Shown: positions 32,130 through 36,423 of the stretch, piece after piece
Position numbering within the stretch: the stretch's first letter is position 1
Layout: each line of letters opens with the position of its first letter
Assembly: GCF_001194135.2 (NCBI RefSeq)
Contig: NC_069003.1
Span: 16,840,192 to 16,876,614 of the forward strand
Length of the DNA: 36,423 bases
Origin: Octopus bimaculoides
Taxonomy: Eukaryota
Reading direction: 5' to 3'
Position numbers and translations under genes: made by a program
The notes under the pieces: generated by a model
Told to the model about the DNA's origin: nothing
Database searches by the model: none
The model's input: the letters and a program-made list of their open reading frames with translations, nothing else

Positions 32130-32443
32130 GGCACAATACAAAACCACATGATATACAAGCTATACAAATTGGTATATACATAAACCGTGTAAATAGGAAA
32201 TTCTAAATCATTTTAAATATCACTTAAAAGCAAAGATTCTTTACACAAGAGCTGCCCCATACTACAACAAAGTGTTAATCAGCAGTGGCTTCAAGGAAAA
32301 TTTAGTGTACATATCGCCTCCTATTAATAATAATAGAAATGATAAAGTGCAACATCAGAAAAGAAGTAGATCCAAGAATATTATTTGGTTGGCCCCTCTT
32401 TTTTCCCTAAATATGAAGTCTAACGTAGGAAAAATATTTCCCA
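32130..32443 (+). pseudogene. Fragment of a different PLE lineage (post-RT linker, Naiad/Poseidon-like)
   Basis: RAAPYYNKVLISSGFKENLVY..RSKNIIWLAPLFSLNMKSNVGKIF resembles the AAPYY..SG and IIWFNPP..TN.G motifs. Confidence 0.65.
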
Positions 32444-34003
32444 GTAGGGAACCATTCTGCATTGAACACTTGGTCTGGCAAGGGTGTCCTCTCTCTCCCC
32501 TACTGTATGAATTGGCTCTCGAGCCTTTACTATGGAAATTGGAGACCAGGCGAGGTGCCCAGTGAGGTCTAGGTTGTGGAAGGTCTGTTATGGCATATGC
32601 AGATGACATCACCATCATCGTATCCAAGGTCCAACGCCTACAGTGGGTAGGCATGGCCCTCAAGGATTATGAAGCGGTTGCAGGGGCAAAAATTAACCAG
32701 GAGAAGTCGGTCAGCTTGCAGCTGAGCACCTGGAGAAGCAAGTTGACACTGCCCAACAATATCGTGGGACACTGGAAGGACGGGCCGGTTAAAATGCTAG
32801 GGGTTTGGTTCGGTCCAGACCTCCAAATAGAGAAGAATTGGAGTGAGTTAACGAGCAGGGTGACCCACCTAACCCAAATCTGGTCTGGGCAGTGGCTAAA
32901 GAGTGGGCTAGGGATGCCTTGACTGTTGATGCGCAGGCATGCGCTGAGGCATCTTTGGCTTTACCTGGATGGTGAACAGGTGTGGTCTTCGTTTGTCAGA
33001 TAGTTAATCCCACAGTTCACTGGCTTTGGTGATCTAGGATCCTGGATCAAATGTAGACCAAGGTTGGGAGCTTGGCAAGCCAAGTGTCGTAAGGCACTTG
33101 TGCTCCCCTCCTAGATGGGTAATGACAATGGTGGGGGTTCTACCTTGTCATTCTATAGAGGGTTGGTAGAGGTCAAGTGTGATGATACCCTGGGGAAACT
33201 CTGGGCTTCAATGGTAGTCAGCTTGCCGGTTTGTTCCAAAGGACATTTGGGCCAGGACCTATGGATAATTTCCAAAAGTCCCTGGCATGGCAATGTTACC
33301 AAGGAGCCTTACCAGTTTGAGATTAATTCGCCAGGCATGGTTCTTCTTGCCCTCCCACTTGCCCAAGATGTGAGCAGAGCAGGGAAACTGTTCTGCATGT
33401 GATTGCGCAGTGTCCAAAAATTTTGGAGTGGTGGGTTTATGTCAAACACTTGTTGTCATGTTTGGGAAGAGTACAACTGTCTTCTAAGTCAATAATAAAG
33501 ATTTTTCCACCACCTTCTCTGAATAGAGAAGGTAAGGTGTATTTTCTCTGTGTAGTAGCTACAGCGAAAGAAATAGTGTGGAAGACATGAATGAAAGAAG
33601 TGGTGACAGGCGCATTCATCACTAGCCTAGGATTGGTGGGCTTCTTTGCCCACAATTTTAGAAGGAAAATAAAGCTGGAGAAGAGATGCTTCTCACCTAG
33701 TACATTCCAGAAATGATGGATGAAAGTGGAGAATATGTTGAGAATGAACGAACCTAATTCATTGAAAACATACGGGAAATTGAAGAGCTAAGTATTGGAA
33801 CAGGGCTTCTGGGGTTGAACCTGTCCCAAACTCCATTTCGTTAAATCCATAATGAAATCATTTCATAAATTTTTATCTATATGTTTCTCGGTGTATTTTC
33901 ATTTTGTTAATTCATCTTTTGCAATCATTCAATCTTTGACCCCTTGTCTGTATACTGCACCCCTCTTTTATTGTCCTTTGTTTTGCCCCTTGTCAGTAAT
34001 AAA
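32444..34003 (+). mobile_element. L1/Tx1-like LINE 3' portion (RT core to 3' UTR), degenerate
   Basis: QGCPLSPLLYELALEPL, AYADD, GAKINQEKS, KMLGVWFG; AATAAA at 33998-34003. Confidence 0.85.
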
Positions 34004-34714
34004 GAATCAGCATGTACGGGAGAAACAGAAGGTCCGTAATTCTTCATCATTTATCGACCAATTGGTACTGTTCAGTTTTGCACCTTTATCGATAAGACTG
34101 AGTGCTTCCTAATTGGCGGCGCCTGCAAAAAATTTTTTTATGGGGGAGAATTAGAGATAAGAGCAAACAAAACACAAGTAAAACGACACAGAGTGTGATT
34201 TAGGATGGTGACTGAAGACGAAGAGTCAAACAAAATATGGCCTTGGGGTCAAGTAGACGAGAATAGAGAATAGTGAGTAACGCTTAGAAAATTTCTTGAA
34301 GGATGGAGAACAGACAGATAGAAAATTTGCAACCGGTTAGCTAAGGGACCAGTGTGAGAAAGGAAGAAAAAAGGAAACTGGCTGCTGGTCATGTGACAGC
34401 AGCAGGCAGAGGATAAAGACAGCAAGGAGAGGGAGCAACAGAGAAAAAAAGGAAGGGGATGAAGGGGAAGAAGAAAGGCTAGAAATACAAGAGGGAGAGA
34501 GAGAAAAGGATTAAGTAGAAAGGCTAGAATAGAAGTGAGAGAGTGAGAGAAAGAAAAGGAAAAAGAATGAAGGCGTGAGAAAGAGAGAGAGAGTCACGTG
34601 GGTATATAAAAAACTTACTTGTTAATACAAATTCGGTGTGTGTTATTTGATAAATGAAAAAAATGTATAAACAAACAATGTAATGTAGACTGAATGTAAA
34701 TATTATGTATTGGG

Positions 34715-36207
34715 TCTTTCCAATGTAAATATTATGTATGTGGTTTTTCAATTGCATGAATTAAAGGTCAGAGGGGGAACAGGATATTCAAGGACTGAGA
34801 AAGAAGCGTATTGCCTAAGTTTTGTTTTTCTGAAAGTAGATCATGAATTTCTGGTGATTTGTATGAAAACCAGTCACTGGTCTTACGTGATTTAAATCCC
34901 ACTGAAGAACTTTCAGCCTGAAATACTTTTGTTTTGAAATCTTCCCATAGATTGTTTGGATCGAGACTGATACTTTTTATAGCATTGTGGAATCTTTGCA
35001 AGTTGCTTGGTAATTTGAAGTTTGCAGCATTTAACTTTTTGGGTATCTTAAGACCAAACTGTTGACTTTTAGGCATTATTGAAAAATTCATTTTTCCATT
35101 CACGAGACGACAGTCAGTCCAGCTCTCTGCTCCTCTCATGGCCCGAACACTAGAAGCATCTTTCATATCACGTTTTCTGATCAAAATATAATCTGTGAGA
35201 TACCACTACTTGGATCTTGAGGGGATCTAGGTGGTTTTATATTTATTTTTCTGCTTAAACAGAGTGTTAGTAATAACCAGATTATTCTCAATACAAAATG
35301 TCAAAAGAGCGACTCCATTTTTATTACATTTACCAATCCCATGTTGGCCTAAAACAGGCCATGAAATGTAGTTGTTTCCAACTTTTGCATTGAAATCTCG
35401 CAATATGACTAGCTTGTCAGAAATTGGTACTTTCTTCAATAATTGTGCTAGGTCATCAGAAAGCTGTCCTACAGTTTCATCAGAACGAGACATTGTTAGT
35501 ACATAAATACTAACAACGGTAAGAAACCTACCTTTTGTCAGTTTTATATGGTATGATATGGTTCGTTCAGATATGCCACTTAGAAATTCTGCAATGGAGG
35601 ACACTAATGAATTCTTGAGAGCAAACCCAACACCAGATTCTCTACACTGACCCTCAGGTATGCCTCTCTAGATGATAGTATATCCATAAGTAGGTTCATT
35701 TACTTGACCCTCACCAAAGAGACAAGTTTCAGAGTGCACAACTATGTCAAGGGAATATTTTTTAAGCTCACATGCAATTAATGCAGTATGCCTTTCTGGC
35801 CTCTTGTTTAAATTATCATCTAGAAGTGTGCACACATTCCAACAGCCAAAATTCAGAGGATGTTAATTTTTTTCTCCTTCTTGGAGATTGACTACAGTGG
35901 TAGGATAATGACAAGGCCCAGCCTGTGGCACACTGGAACACCTGCCAAACCAGACCTGTTCCCCAGACATTCTCAAGCTGTTTTTGCCATTTACTAAATC
36001 TGTTTGAGACATTTCAGTGTAAGGTGCAAGTGCATTTTTAGGTTTCTGCCAACAGATTTAGTGATTTTAATAAGATTTGGTGTACAAGAAGTACCTGTGC
36101 AGATGAATAATTTTCAGTGGATATAGCTTGCACTGCACTACCCAAGAAGACTTTTGCCAGTGTAACATGAAAATTGACAAAACCTGGAACTTCCAAGGCC
36201 TCAGGTT
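34715..36207 (-). mobile_element. RTE-clade (BovB-like) LINE: 5' UTR plus APE domain, 3'-truncated
   Basis: FGCWNV, RPERHTALIACEL, SETCL, GVGFALK, DFNAKVG, GKCNKNGVALLTFC, LVITNT, DYILI, TDCRLV. Confidence 0.87.
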
Positions 36208-36231
36208 TATATATATATATATATATATATA
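36208..36231. repeat. (TA)n microsatellite
   Basis: Seen directly in the sequence. Confidence 0.95.
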
Positions 36232-36423
36232 GGTGTGAGAAAGTTGGTATGTGAAAGCACGTGGTTGGATGTATAAAAGATAATAAGAGTGAAAAAACTA
36301 CAGAAGGCTTGTGTTACATGGTTAAAGTAGAAAAATGTAATAAAATATTTTTTGGTATATAAACATTGTATTTGGAGAAATAACCGGTTTCGTGTTGTCT
36401 TTTCAAATTTCTCTACTTCATCG
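36232..36423 (-). mobile_element. Probable PLE-type tail with a partial hammerhead-like motif cut by the window edge
   Basis: The minus strand reads CGATGA-A-GT..AC-GAAA-CCGG-TT, then an AT-rich tail ending at (TA)n. Confidence 0.35.

Noticed and set aside
34010-34700. Purine-rich segment as a possible gene or LTR/PBS
   Set aside because: It is low-complexity GA-rich sequence with no ORF motif, TG..CA pair, TSD or tRNA complement that I could identify.
35880-36207. HDV-like ribozyme at the RTE 5' end
   Set aside because: Only simple hairpins (AAACCTG/CAGGTTT) were seen, and I could not build the nested double pseudoknot.
1-36423. CRISPR arrays, rRNA or host protein-coding exons
   Set aside because: There is no regular repeat-spacer pattern and no rRNA signature, and every interpretable ORF is transposon-derived.

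Overview
This is a eukaryotic, gene-free, AT-rich window made almost entirely of transposable elements, with about 15 assembly N-gaps. The SINE families, microsatellites and TTAGGG repeats suggest an octopus/cephalopod draft assembly (inference). It contains: a Tc1 element split by a solo LTR, a maT/mariner-like fragment, several Penelope-like (PLE) RT/GIY-YIG copies and tails, a two-LTR Ty3/Gypsy provirus, a second Gypsy pol fragment, a CR1-clade LINE split by a solo LTR, three L1/Tx1-like copies, an RTE LINE, six tRNA-derived SINE copies or fragments, and several fold-back elements. I found no intact host gene, rRNA, true tRNA or CRISPR array. The most notable observations are: (1) the Gypsy primer-binding position, 2 nt from the 5' LTR, is complementary to the 5' end (nt 1-12) of tRNA-Phe rather than to a tRNA 3' end; (2) two well-formed type I hammerhead ribozyme motifs, one in a ~390-bp non-coding retrozyme-like unit, both on tails ending GGATC-(AT)n; (3) a fold-back element built from head-to-head telomeric repeats; (4) an ORF1-only Tx1 derivative that keeps a Tx1-like 3' end. 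All alignments and folds were done by eye, so boundaries are approximate unless a TSD or terminus is quoted.
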